Of a DNA stretch of 64,000 bases, positions 1 to 9,000 are shown piece after piece (within the stretch, counting starts at the first letter, position 1; every line of letters starts with the position of its first letter). A model generated the notes under the pieces. The model ran no database searches. It was not told where the DNA came from and was given only the letters and a program-made list of their open reading frames with translations. The position numbers were made by a program, and so were the translations under genes. Source of the stretch: a virus. The stretch spans positions 7,029-71,028 of IMG/VR virus record IMGVR_UViG_3300044825_002033; one strand, written 5' to 3'.

Positions 1-2231
1 GCAGCAAGTCTTACTTCATTAGGTACTTGAGTACTTCCAATACCAATTGCATAGTTACTTAACCAAGCATCAGTTCCAAGTCCAGAGAATGCTCCAGACT
101 TGAACCACATAATTTTCTTATATGTTGCAGGTGCGGTTTCAATACCAGCAATAAAGAGATTAACTAATGGTGATCCTTCAGTTGATGCAACTGCAATACC
201 ACCATGATTTGCTGTAGTGTCTGTTGAAAGATCTACTCCTCCTGGGCCAGTTGTTACACCAAGAATAATATCAGCATCAAGAACTCTTAAATCTTGTGCG
301 GTGATAACCGTTGTGGTTCCACCAATACTTAAATTATTAGTGATATTGAGGTCATAAACACTTAACTGGGTTCCATCAAAAGTTAAGTTAGCAGAACCAG
401 TTGGATTATTTGAACCATCCTTATAAACAACTTGGTTTGCCGAACCTGCTACAGGTCCGGTTGTTCCCTGAATGCCTTGAGTACCCTCCGTACCTTGAAT
501 ACCTTGAATACCTTGTGTACCCTGAATGCCTTGAGTACCCTCCGTACCTTGAATACCTTGAATACCTGGAATACCTTGTGTACCCTGAATGCCTTGAGTT
601 CCTTGAGTACCTTGAGTACCCTCCGTACCTTGAATACCTTGAATACCTTGTGTACCCTGAATGCCTTGAGTTCCTTGAGTACCTTGAGTGCCTTGTGTGC
701 CTTGAGAACCTACATCACCTTGAATACCAGTGGTGCCTTGTATCCCTTGAGCACCCTGTAAACCCTGCAGTCCTTGTGTGCCTTGTGTACCTTGAATGCC
801 ATCAAGACCTTGAATTCCTTGAGTTCCTTGAGTTCCTTGAGCACCAGTATTACCTTGAATACCAATATCGCCTTGGATACCAGAAAGACCTTGAGAACCA
901 ACAGATCCTTGATTTCCTACATTACCTTGAATGCCTATTGAACCTTGAGATCCTACAGATCCTTGAGTGCCAGTATTTCCTTGAACACCAGAAAGACCTT
1001 GAGAACCAACAGATCCTTGAGTTCCTACATTACCTTGAATACCTATTGATCCTTGAGATCCAAGTTGACCTTGAATTCCTGATGTTCCTTGAGAACCTAC
1101 ATTACCTTGGATACCAGAAAGACCCTGAATTCCGGCATCTCCTTGGATGCCCATCAAACCTTGGGTTCCTTGAAGACCAATAATACCTTGAGCACCTTGA
1201 GTTCCCGGAGTACCTTGAATTCCTTGTGCTCCAGTATCTCCTTTATCACCAGTTCTTGCAAATGTAATAATAACATCTAAACCATCAGTAAATGATGTAG
1301 AGACACCAGAAACATACGCAATAGGAACTTCAAAGAATGTTGTATCGTGAGTGTGCAGACCCACGATCGCAAACATTGTACTATTTGCAGTATTTGTTTT
1401 CTCTGAAATAGAGAAGTGACCCTTGATTACTGACGTACTATCATCAATTGTTTGTAGATAGTTGAAAATAGAAACGTTATTATCATCAAAAGAATTGATG
1501 TAAAGATAAGTTGCTGTGCTAAGTCCAGTTTGATTAAATCTGGCAACACCAGTTGCAATTCCAACAGTGGTAATACCAGAACTAAAAGTATAATCAAACG
1601 CAGCACCACCAAAAGATCCTGTGGTTCCTTGAGTACCTTGAATACCAGATAAACCTTGAATACCGATTATACCTTGAGTTCCTTGTAATCCTTGAGTTCC
1701 TTGAGATCCTTGAGATCCTTGAGATCCTACATAACCCTGAATACCAATAGAACCTTGAGTCCCTTGGGTTCCTTGATTGGAAAGACCTTGAACACCTTGA
1801 ACACCTTGAAGACCTTGTGTTCCTTGAACACCGTGAACACCTTGAAGACCTTGAAGACCTTGTGTTCCTTGAGTTCCTTGTGATCCCTGAGAACCTAAAG
1901 AACCCTGAATTCCTATTCCACCTTGAATACCTTGAGGTCCTAGTAATCCTTGAATTCCAACGAAGCCCTGAACACCAATTGTTCCCTGTAAACCTTGAAG
2001 ACCTTGAATTCCTTGAGATCCTCTTGATCCTTGAATACCCTGTCCAGCAAAAGCACCATTTAAACCTTGAGTTCCTTGAGTTCCTTGAGCACCATCCAGA
2101 CCAATGTATCCAGTAACTCCCTGAGTTCCCTGAACACCTTGAAGACTATCTGCTTCTCTTGCAACTTTAAGAGAAGGATTATATCCTACTGTGACGTTAT
2201 AACTTGTGCTTCCTATTGAAACTGAAGGCAT
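1..2231 (-). CDS. Collagen-like (Gly-X-Gln) tail fibre/structural protein, truncated by left window edge; not in the ORF track
   Basis: ATG at 2231 overlaps the upstream TAA (TAATG). Reads MPSVSIGSTSYNVTVGYNPSLKVAREADSLQGVQGTQG..., with G-X-Q blocks at ~460-1240 and ~1620-2140. The same frame at the edge reads LGTDAWLSNYAIGIGSTQVPNEVRLA. Confidence 0.9.
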   Translation of the reverse strand, partial: MPSVSIGSTSYNVTVGYNPSLKVAREADSLQGVQGTQGVTGYIGLDGAQGTQGTQGLNGAFAGQGIQGSRGSQGIQGLQGLQGTIGVQGFVGIQGLLGPQGIQGGIGIQGSLGSQGSQGTQGTQGLQGLQGVHGVQGTQGLQGVQGVQGLSNQGTQGTQGSIGIQGYVGSQGSQGSQGTQGLQGTQGIIGIQGLSGIQGTQGTTGSFGGAAFDYTFSSGITTVGIATGVARFNQTGLSTATYLYINSFDDNNVSIFNYLQTIDDSTSVIKGHFSISEKTNTANSTMFAIVGLHTHDTTFFEVPIAYVSGVSTSFTDGLDVIITFARTGDKGDTGAQGIQGTPGTQGAQGIIGLQGTQGLMGIQGDAGIQGLSGIQGNVGSQGTSGIQGQLGSQGSIGIQGNVGTQGSVGSQGLSGVQGNTGTQGSVGSQGSIGIQGNVGNQGSVGSQGLSGIQGDIGIQGNTGAQGTQGTQGIQGLDGIQGTQGTQGLQGLQGAQGIQGTTGIQGDVGSQGTQGTQGTQGTQGIQGTQGIQGIQGTEGTQGTQGTQGIQGTQGIPGIQGIQGTEGTQGIQGTQGIQGIQGTEGTQGIQGTTGPVAGSANQVVYKDGSNNPTGSANLTFDGTQLSVYDLNITNNLSIGGTTTVITAQDLRVLDADIILGVTTGPGGVDLSTDTTANHGGIAVASTEGSPLVNLFIAGIETAPATYKKIMWFKSGAFSGLGTDAWLSNYAIGIGSTQVPNEVRLA
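460..1240 (-). repeat. 9-nt-period collagen-coding repeats (GTQ/GIQ/GSQ), block 2
   Basis: Recurrent ccttgagta/ccttgaata units with higher-order duplications at ~470-690. Confidence 0.9.
1620..2140 (-). repeat. 9-nt-period collagen-coding repeats, block 1
   Basis: Recurrent ccttga-nnn units in frame with the 1..2231 gene. Confidence 0.85.
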
Positions 2232-2563
2232 TAGATTGACTCACTAGGGTTTACAAGCACCATTCCATCAACAACTTTAGTTTTCTTACCGGTTGATGAT
2301 GTAATTATTACATCATAATAGTATCTTCCTGCCTTTAAGTCATCGGTGACTGTATTTGCGAGAGATACCACAACTTGTCCTGCAGCAGATACGATTCCTA
2401 CTCCAAATGGAGTAGAAGTTGCAGACTCTGGAAATTTACGAATCTTTGCAACTCCGGTATGTCCTGTTAGATCCAAAGGACTACCATCAGGATTATTCAC
2501 AGTAAAAACTTCCTGATAATCTGTCCCTTGTTCTATAACAATATTAACTGCAGCGACAGCCAT
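2231..2563 (-). CDS. Small virion structural protein (BppU N-terminal-like beta domain)
   Basis: NIVIEQGTDY...PLDLTG...AGRYYYDV pattern typical of phage fibre-associated proteins; coupled to the collagen gene; late promoter upstream. Confidence 0.7.
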   Translation of the reverse strand: MAVAAVNIVIEQGTDYQEVFTVNNPDGSPLDLTGHTGVAKIRKFPESATSTPFGVGIVSAAGQVVVSLANTVTDDLKAGRYYYDVIITSSTGKKTKVVDGMVLVNPSESI

Positions 2564-2581
2564 AACTTGAAAATTTTTAAG

Positions 2582-2588
2582 TATTTAT
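2582..2588 (-). promoter_or_regulatory. T4-type late promoter (ATAAATA)
   Basis: tatttat on + strand ~20 nt upstream of ATG 2563. Confidence 0.6.
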
Positions 2589-2610
2589 GATAATACAAAT
2601 ACTTCTTTCT

Positions 2611-3429
2611 CTATTGGCATAGTTCTTCGATGATTTTTTTATTACTAATTTGTTGAGTAAATCCTAGTTGTTTCAACTTAGAAACATCCATCCAGAAATC
2701 TTTTGTTTGAACAATTTTATGAAATTCTGGTGTTTCTTTACTTTTAATATTTGAACTAGATTTTAAACATCTTTTCGCTATTGTAATTATATCCAAAATT
2801 GTAGTTGGAGTTCCACTACCAATATTATAGATTTCATTAAGGTTACCTTCTCTACAAACTAAATCAATTGCACGACAAACATCATCAACATGCATAACAT
2901 CTCTAATTGGAGTTCCTTCATCATAAAGGTAAACATCTTCATTATTTTTTAGAAGATTAATCATATAAGTTATAGCATTCTTCTTAGCAGAAATTTTTTT
3001 ATCACCACTGCCTAATACATTACATAACCGAAGAATTCTATAATTTACTCCGTAAGTTTTACAAAAAGAAATTAGTAAATCCTCTGCTGTTTTTTTAGTA
3101 ATAGAATAAAATCCTATAGGATTGCAATGGTAATCCTCTTTTGCAGGAAGATTTGTTTCGCCATAAACAAACCAAGAACTGATGAAGTTGAAAGTAAAAT
3201 TGCCTTCTCTACAATAGTCTAATACTTCACATAAAACTTTTAGATTTGTTTCAACATCAAGAGTTATATTTGTGTGAATGTTGTAATTGTCAGCAGTAGA
3301 AATAAAATATAAAATTTCTTGAGTCCTTGGTTTTCTTTCTTCTCTATCCTGTTTTGTTACTTTATCAGAAAAAAGACGATAGAAGTTTCCACCAACAAAT
3401 CCTGTTCCACCATAAAGAGAATAAACCAT
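2611..3429 (-). CDS. NAD-dependent epimerase/dehydratase (extended SDR)
   Basis: GGTGFVG, ISSWFVYG, YSITK (YxxxK) and RDVMHVDD motifs. Confidence 0.9.
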   Translation of the reverse strand: MVYSLYGGTGFVGGNFYRLFSDKVTKQDREERKPRTQEILYFISTADNYNIHTNITLDVETNLKVLCEVLDYCREGNFTFNFISSWFVYGETNLPAKEDYHCNPIGFYSITKKTAEDLLISFCKTYGVNYRILRLCNVLGSGDKKISAKKNAITYMINLLKNNEDVYLYDEGTPIRDVMHVDDVCRAIDLVCREGNLNEIYNIGSGTPTTILDIITIAKRCLKSSSNIKSKETPEFHKIVQTKDFWMDVSKLKQLGFTQQISNKKIIEELCQ

Positions 3430-3453
3430 ATCATCAATGTTTTTGATATTATA

Positions 3454-3479
3454 AAACCTCCAGAGAACTCTGGAGGTTT
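3454..3479 (-). terminator. Intrinsic terminator hairpin closing the 3.5-19.9 kb cassette
   Basis: aaacctccagag-aa-ctctggaggttt inverted repeat just downstream of the 3503 stop. Confidence 0.7.
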
Positions 3480-3502
3480 GAGTGGTCAGTTTTAAAACTG
3501 GA

Positions 3503-3898
3503 TCAAAGTGCTCTTATAGCAGTCAGTGCTTCTTGCATTTTGACTTGTGCTGCTGCTTCTTTTTGTGCTGCTAAAGCATCATCGCCTTCTTGTCTTGCCT
3601 GTTGTGCTTCACCTGAAAGTACCTGTGATGCAAAGTAAGGAGTTGCAACAGTATTATATTCTGCTTCAGTCAGAACTTGAACAGCATTTTTTCCACAGTC
3701 ACTGACTACTGTTGATACTGAAGTGGTATCAGGAACTTCTGCAAGACAGACATCAACACCTTCATCATCGGATAACCAAATTTTAACACCTAATCCGGCA
3801 TATTCCTTCCAAGGATGTCTTTTATATGCTGGTTCTGGTTTTTCACAACAAAAAACGTTGTTTCCATCATCAACATAATAGTGCTTAATGTATTGCAT
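3503..3898 (-). CDS. Hypothetical protein (possible fibre assembly/chaperone protein)
   Basis: 131-aa ORF co-oriented at cassette end; helical C-terminus; no recognised family. Confidence 0.6.
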   Translation of the reverse strand: MQYIKHYYVDDGNNVFCCEKPEPAYKRHPWKEYAGLGVKIWLSDDEGVDVCLAEVPDTTSVSTVVSDCGKNAVQVLTEAEYNTVATPYFASQVLSGEAQQARQEGDDALAAQKEAAAQVKMQEALTAIRAL

Positions 3899-3917
3899 TG
3901 TCGTTAGAAGATAATCT

Positions 3918-4589
3918 TTAGTTATTTATTTCAATTCCATACTTTTGAGATAATTGTTTGTTTTGCTCTTGCATTGATTGAAATCCTTTCACTTGAGCCC
4001 AACAAACAATACTATATCTGGTTCCTTTCGTGACTGGTTCTACACCATGACGATAATGATGATTGGAAGGAAAACAAACCATCATTCCTGGTTCTGGACG
4101 AATTCTAACTTTAAGTTCTGGAAAAACAAAGTCTCCACCATCAAAATCATCATTCAAAAACATTACAATCGATAAGTCACGATCAATAGACTTTTTCCAA
4201 ATCAATTCTCCCTCAGGTGTTCTCCATAAACTTTCTCCATCAATGTGAGGTTTATAGTGCCCACCAATTCCATAAGAAAGCATCTGTGGCATTTCACTTT
4301 CAGAAATTTCAATACCATAAAAAGGATTGATAACTTCTTTGACTGTATTCTGAAATAAATCTATTATTTTATCTTTAATTGGTTCATACTCAATAAATTG
4401 AGTATCTCTCATTTTTTTATCAACAATCCATTCAATTCCACCAGTTTTGTTGGATTTATCTGGATCAAAAACAGAAAGATCTGTTGCTTCTGATGAACGA
4501 ACGTGACTTAGAATTTCTTGAATTCCATTTTCATTAATCACGTTAGGTCGAATTAAAATATAAGAAAGTGGGTTATCAATCATTATCAA
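3918..4589 (-). CDS. 2OG-Fe(II) oxygenase, prolyl-4-hydroxylase-like
   Basis: YGIGGHYKPHID (HxD), LSIVMFLNDDFDGGDFVF, HGVEPVTKGTRYSIV. Confidence 0.9.
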   Translation of the reverse strand: MIMIDNPLSYILIRPNVINENGIQEILSHVRSSEATDLSVFDPDKSNKTGGIEWIVDKKMRDTQFIEYEPIKDKIIDLFQNTVKEVINPFYGIEISESEMPQMLSYGIGGHYKPHIDGESLWRTPEGELIWKKSIDRDLSIVMFLNDDFDGGDFVFPELKVRIRPEPGMMVCFPSNHHYRHGVEPVTKGTRYSIVCWAQVKGFQSMQEQNKQLSQKYGIEINN

Positions 4590-5407
4590 TAATACCTATG
4601 ATTTGGATTTTTCCAGTATTCTAAATTGCTGTACTTATTTAGAGTGAGGTCGGAAAGAATACTTTTTGGATCTTTTGATACTTTTTTAAGTTCTTTACGA
4701 ACGTGATGCATATCCTTGAGATACCATTGATCATCTACTTCTCTATGTGTATTTTCAATATGATCAAAAGAATGCTCATATGGTTTGAGATCTAGAAATT
4801 CATAAATTCGATTTAATGTCTCATTTGGAGATTGAATTAAATCATCATACTCAACCATTAGTAGATGTTTTTCGTGATCACCGCGAATAAATGCTTGAGA
4901 CTGTGCCCAGAGTGCTTGCTCTACAATTCCATCTTTACTCATCAAATAGTCACATCGGGTATCATCATTAATCGGAAGTCCTTTTTCAATTAGATGTTGA
5001 TCAATAAATGAAACCTGATCAGAATTCCGACGAATCATTGAAATAAAAGATGTTAAGACTTCTGTGACATTTCTGACTGGACAGATGATCTTTGGATCTG
5101 GTGTAATGTAAGTCTTAATTCTTTCAATATTATTACTCCAGGCACGACAGTGATCAATGATGAATGGTTTTTCTGTGTCGAAATAATAGTCTTCAATGAT
5201 TGATGAGATAACTTTATGTGCTGATTTTGGTTTTGGGTAACCAAGATATTGTTCACTGTCTATAAAGAAATGATCATTCCAGTACATCAATTCCATTACA
5301 GGACTAACTGGTTCTGTATGAAGTTCTGGATTTTGATTCAGAATGCTTTTTAATAAAGTACTACCAGATCTTGGAAGACCTGCCATAAAGAAGTAAGTTT
5401 TATTCAT
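4586..5407 (-). CDS. Sulfotransferase family protein
   Basis: PAPS-binding GLPRSGSTLL; PVRNVTEVLTS; VEYDDL. Confidence 0.88.
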   Translation of the reverse strand: MNKTYFFMAGLPRSGSTLLKSILNQNPELHTEPVSPVMELMYWNDHFFIDSEQYLGYPKPKSAHKVISSIIEDYYFDTEKPFIIDHCRAWSNNIERIKTYITPDPKIICPVRNVTEVLTSFISMIRRNSDQVSFIDQHLIEKGLPINDDTRCDYLMSKDGIVEQALWAQSQAFIRGDHEKHLLMVEYDDLIQSPNETLNRIYEFLDLKPYEHSFDHIENTHREVDDQWYLKDMHHVRKELKKVSKDPKSILSDLTLNKYSNLEYWKNPNHRYY

Positions 5408-5408
5408 A

Positions 5409-6023
5409 TCACCAATCAGTAGGATTAAAAAAGAATAATTGAACTAAACGACCGTTTTCAAGAGTATGTCCAAAGTTATAATTGTGAGAATGCCATAGAT
5501 TAGCATTGAAAATTACCAGACGATTATACTTCATTGGAGACAAAAGGTAACGTGTCCATTGGGAGCGATCTAATCCTTCTCCATAAACAGTTGTCCACCA
5601 TGCTTCTTTTGCAGAAGAATATCCCCATACATTTGCTTCAGTATCTAATGTTGGGCAGGTATCCATCTTTGTTTTATTGTGCATCCAAAATGAAGTTCCA
5701 CCTTCATCTATGGTTTGTTCTGGTGTGTTGAGATAACAGACAGCACCATATTCCCAAACAGGATCAACGTGAACATCCTGACGATAAGAATCTTTTTCGT
5801 AAGAGATTCTAAAGTATCCGTTTGGATTTGCTGGTGTTAGAGACTTGTTTAGAATTTTCTCAAATCTCTGGTGAAGTTCTTGAGGATAGTAACTTTCGTG
5901 AGAATTTCTTCCTGGATAAGTATATCCTTCTTGTGGTTCTGGATATGTGCAAGAGAGTGCAAACTGACGAACTTCATCTGGATTGTGATGAAAATCATCA
6001 ATTACAATAATATTGCGATTCAT
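5409..6023 (-). CDS. DUF6445-like protein (2OG-Fe(II) oxygenase-like fold)
   Basis: IIVIDDF..NPDEVR, YPGR, HVD, YL...GGTSFW, KYNRLVIF...WHS, RLVQLFF. Confidence 0.75.
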   Translation of the reverse strand: MNRNIIVIDDFHHNPDEVRQFALSCTYPEPQEGYTYPGRNSHESYYPQELHQRFEKILNKSLTPANPNGYFRISYEKDSYRQDVHVDPVWEYGAVCYLNTPEQTIDEGGTSFWMHNKTKMDTCPTLDTEANVWGYSSAKEAWWTTVYGEGLDRSQWTRYLLSPMKYNRLVIFNANLWHSHNYNFGHTLENGRLVQLFFFNPTDW

Positions 6024-6042
6024 AAGAAAGTTTTTATTCTAT

Positions 6043-6051
6043 ATTATATCA
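6043..6051 (-). promoter_or_regulatory. Extended -10 element (TGATATAAT) upstream of the DUF6445/sulfotransferase/oxygenase genes
   Basis: TG-n-TATAAT overlapping the TGA stop of 6049..8946, ~20 nt before ATG 6023. Confidence 0.45.
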
Positions 6052-8946
6052 TACATTTGTTGCTTGTGCTTGAGTTCCTCTTACTGCGTTTCCTGTAGAA
6101 CTTGATGCAGCAAGAGCACTACGAGCAACACTTAAGTTTGCACCAGGAACTGCTGCTGTGGTATCTGATGAATAAGTGACCTTATCCATTGTTGATCTTG
6201 CACCGGGAGTTCCACCACCAAAGTATCCTGCTGTTGAATTGCCGGTTGCAGCAAGACCATAACGAGCAAGACTTAAGTTTCCGCCAGGAATTCTTTCTGT
6301 TGTATCAGTTGAATAAGTGACCTTATCCATTGTTGAATATTGTGGAGAGCCAGTAGTACCACCACCAAAGTATCCTGCTGTTGAATTGCCGGTTGCAGCA
6401 AGATCAAAACGAGCAACACTTAAGTTTGCACCAGGAACTGTTGATCTTGTATCAGTTGAATAAGTAACCTTATCCATTGTTAAAAAATAATTAGGAATAC
6501 CTGTAGTGCCGGCACCAAAGTATCCTGCTGTTGAATTTCCTGTTGCTGCAAGATAAGCACGAGCAGCACTTAATGCTGCTCCAGGAACTGCTGCTGTTGT
6601 ATCAGTGGAATAAGTGACCTTATCCATTGTTGAATGATCAGGAGCGCCAACATTACCACCACCAAAATATCCTGATGTTGAGTTTCCTGTTGCCGCCAAA
6701 GCTTGACGAGCAACAGTTAAGTTTGCTCCGGGAACTGCTGCAGTGGTATCTGATGAATAAGTGGTCTTATCCATTGTTGAATAATATGGATTCAGACCAC
6801 CACCAAAATATCCTGCTGTTGAGTTTCCTGTTGCAGCAAGTTGCCGACGTGCAACACTTAATGCTGCTCCGGGAACTGCTGCTGTGGTATCTGATGAATA
6901 AGTAACCTTCTCCATTGTTGAGGACTCGTTGAGTGAACTTACAAAACCACCACCAAAGTATCCACTATTGCCTTGAATTGCTTGTGGTGAGAGTGTGAAT
7001 TCTTGTTGTGGCAATGCATTTGCTGTAGAACTTGATGCAGCAAGATTACGACGAGCAACACTTAATGCAGCACCAGGAACTACTGATGTGGTATCTGATG
7101 AATAAGTAACCTTATCCATTGTTGAAAATGTAACACCAGGAGATATTCCACCACCAAAATATCCTGATGTTGAATTACCTGTTGCACTATGACCTCGACG
7201 AGCAACACTTAAGTTTGCTTCAGGAACTGTTGATCTTGTATCAGTGGAATAAGTGACCTTATCCATTGTTGAATGAAATGAAGGACTAGAAGATATTCCA
7301 CCACCAAAGTATCCTGATGTTGAGTTTCCTGTTGCCGCCAAAGCTTGACGAACAACACTTAAGTTTGCTCCAGGAACTGCTGCTGTGGTATCTGATGAAT
7401 AAGTAAGCTTATCCGCTGTTGAACTAATACCACCAGGAGTGAAACCTCCACTAAAGTATCCTGATGTTGAGTTTCCTGTTGCAGCAAGAGCACTTCGAGC
7501 AGCACTTAATGCTGCTCCAGGAACGGCAACTGTTGTATCAGTTGAATAAGATACCTTATCCATTGTTGAATAATATAACGGACCAGGAACAACACCACCA
7601 CCAAAGTATCCAGATGTTGAGTTTCCTGTTGCTGCTACATCACGAGCAACACTTAATGCTGCACCAGGAACTGCTACTGTGGTATCAGTAGAATAAGATA
7701 CCTTATCCATTGTTGAATAATATAACGGACCAGGAACAACACCACCACCAAAGTATCCATTACTTGAACTGCCAGTTGCACCAAGATAACGACGAGAAGC
7801 ACTTAATGCGGCACCAGGAACTGCTACCGTGGTATCTGATGAATAAGTAACCTTATCCATTGTTGAAAATGAAATAGTGCCACCAGCATCAGTACCACCA
7901 CCAAAATATCCAGAATTAAATGAAGATCCTTTAGATACAAAATTTCTACTACTTCTTAAGTCTGCTGCTGGTAATGCGTTGGCTCTTGCACTTGATGCAG
8001 CAGACGATGTACGAGCAGAAGTTAATGCTGCTCCAGGAACTGCTGCTGTGGTATCTGATGAATAAGTAACCTTATCCATTATTGATACTGGATTAGTGCC
8101 GCCACCAAAGTATCCTGCGGTAGAGTTTCCTGTTGCGGCAAGATCTCTACGAGCATTACTTAAGTTTGCTCCTGGAACTGTTGCTGTTGTATCTGATGAA
8201 TAAGTAGTTTTTTCAACTAAACTTACAATAGCAAAACTAGAAGAAAAACCACCACCAAAATAACCATTAGTTGAATTGCCGGTTGCGGCAAGTTGGCGAC
8301 GAGCATTACTTAATGCTGCACCAGGAACTGTTGATCTTGTATCAGTGGAATAAGTGACCTTATCCATTGTTGAAAGAATTAGTAATCCAGGAATCCCGCC
8401 GCCACCAAAGTATCCTGCTATTGAATTACCGGTTGCAGCAAGACTATAACGAGCAGCACTTAATGCTGCACCAGGAACTACTGCTGTTGTATCAGTTGAA
8501 TAAGTAACCTTATCCATTGTTGAGAATTCTGGATTATTACCTCCACCAAAGTATCCTGCAGTTGAATTACCGGTTGCAGCAAGATTAAAACGCTGAGCAC
8601 TTAAATTTCCAGTAGGAACTGCTGCTGTTGTATCTGTTGAATAAGTGACCTTATCCATTGTTGAATAATTACCAAAACCACCACCAAAGTATCCTGCTAT
8701 TGAATTACCGGTTGCAGCAAGACCATAACGAGGAACACGTAATGCTGCCCCAGGAACTGCTGCTGTGGTATCTGATGAATAAGTGACCTTATCCATTGTT
8801 GAGAATGGACCAGGAAAACCACCGCCAAAGTAACCAGTAAAAGGTGTTGGATCATTCGTCCATACTTCTTCAGGAGAAACCCAGTTATCATCTAACCGTC
8901 TTAAAATTACTTTAGATAGAACAAAGGCTCCCCTGGTCTCAACCAT
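6049..8946 (-). CDS. Kelch-like repeat protein A (18 blades; predicted 3 six-bladed beta-propellers), putative virion adhesin
   Basis: 18 copies of GYFGGG-(variable loop)-STMDKVTYSxDTTAAVPGAALSVARxxLAATGNS in three groups of six separated by linkers. Confidence 0.8.
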   Translation of the reverse strand: MVETRGAFVLSKVILRRLDDNWVSPEEVWTNDPTPFTGYFGGGFPGPFSTMDKVTYSSDTTAAVPGAALRVPRYGLAATGNSIAGYFGGGFGNYSTMDKVTYSTDTTAAVPTGNLSAQRFNLAATGNSTAGYFGGGNNPEFSTMDKVTYSTDTTAVVPGAALSAARYSLAATGNSIAGYFGGGGIPGLLILSTMDKVTYSTDTRSTVPGAALSNARRQLAATGNSTNGYFGGGFSSSFAIVSLVEKTTYSSDTTATVPGANLSNARRDLAATGNSTAGYFGGGTNPVSIMDKVTYSSDTTAAVPGAALTSARTSSAASSARANALPAADLRSSRNFVSKGSSFNSGYFGGGTDAGGTISFSTMDKVTYSSDTTVAVPGAALSASRRYLGATGSSSNGYFGGGVVPGPLYYSTMDKVSYSTDTTVAVPGAALSVARDVAATGNSTSGYFGGGVVPGPLYYSTMDKVSYSTDTTVAVPGAALSAARSALAATGNSTSGYFSGGFTPGGISSTADKLTYSSDTTAAVPGANLSVVRQALAATGNSTSGYFGGGISSSPSFHSTMDKVTYSTDTRSTVPEANLSVARRGHSATGNSTSGYFGGGISPGVTFSTMDKVTYSSDTTSVVPGAALSVARRNLAASSSTANALPQQEFTLSPQAIQGNSGYFGGGFVSSLNESSTMEKVTYSSDTTAAVPGAALSVARRQLAATGNSTAGYFGGGLNPYYSTMDKTTYSSDTTAAVPGANLTVARQALAATGNSTSGYFGGGNVGAPDHSTMDKVTYSTDTTAAVPGAALSAARAYLAATGNSTAGYFGAGTTGIPNYFLTMDKVTYSTDTRSTVPGANLSVARFDLAATGNSTAGYFGGGTTGSPQYSTMDKVTYSTDTTERIPGGNLSLARYGLAATGNSTAGYFGGGTPGARSTMDKVTYSSDTTAAVPGANLSVARSALAASSSTGNAVRGTQAQATNV

Positions 8947-8979
8947 AACTTATGTCTAACTCTTTATAAGGCATAAATT

Positions 8980-8986
8980 TATTTAT
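8980..8986 (-). promoter_or_regulatory. T4-type late promoter (ATAAATA) for repeat protein A
   Basis: tatttat on + strand in the 54-nt intergenic region. Confidence 0.6.
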
Positions 8987-9000
8987 CTTACACTGCATCA

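Noticed and set aside
401-2116. Plus-strand ORFs (401..1183, 432..761, 1817..2116 etc.) with LEYLE/LSTL repeats
   Set aside because: Antisense shadows of the minus-strand collagen repeats, which lack stops in several frames
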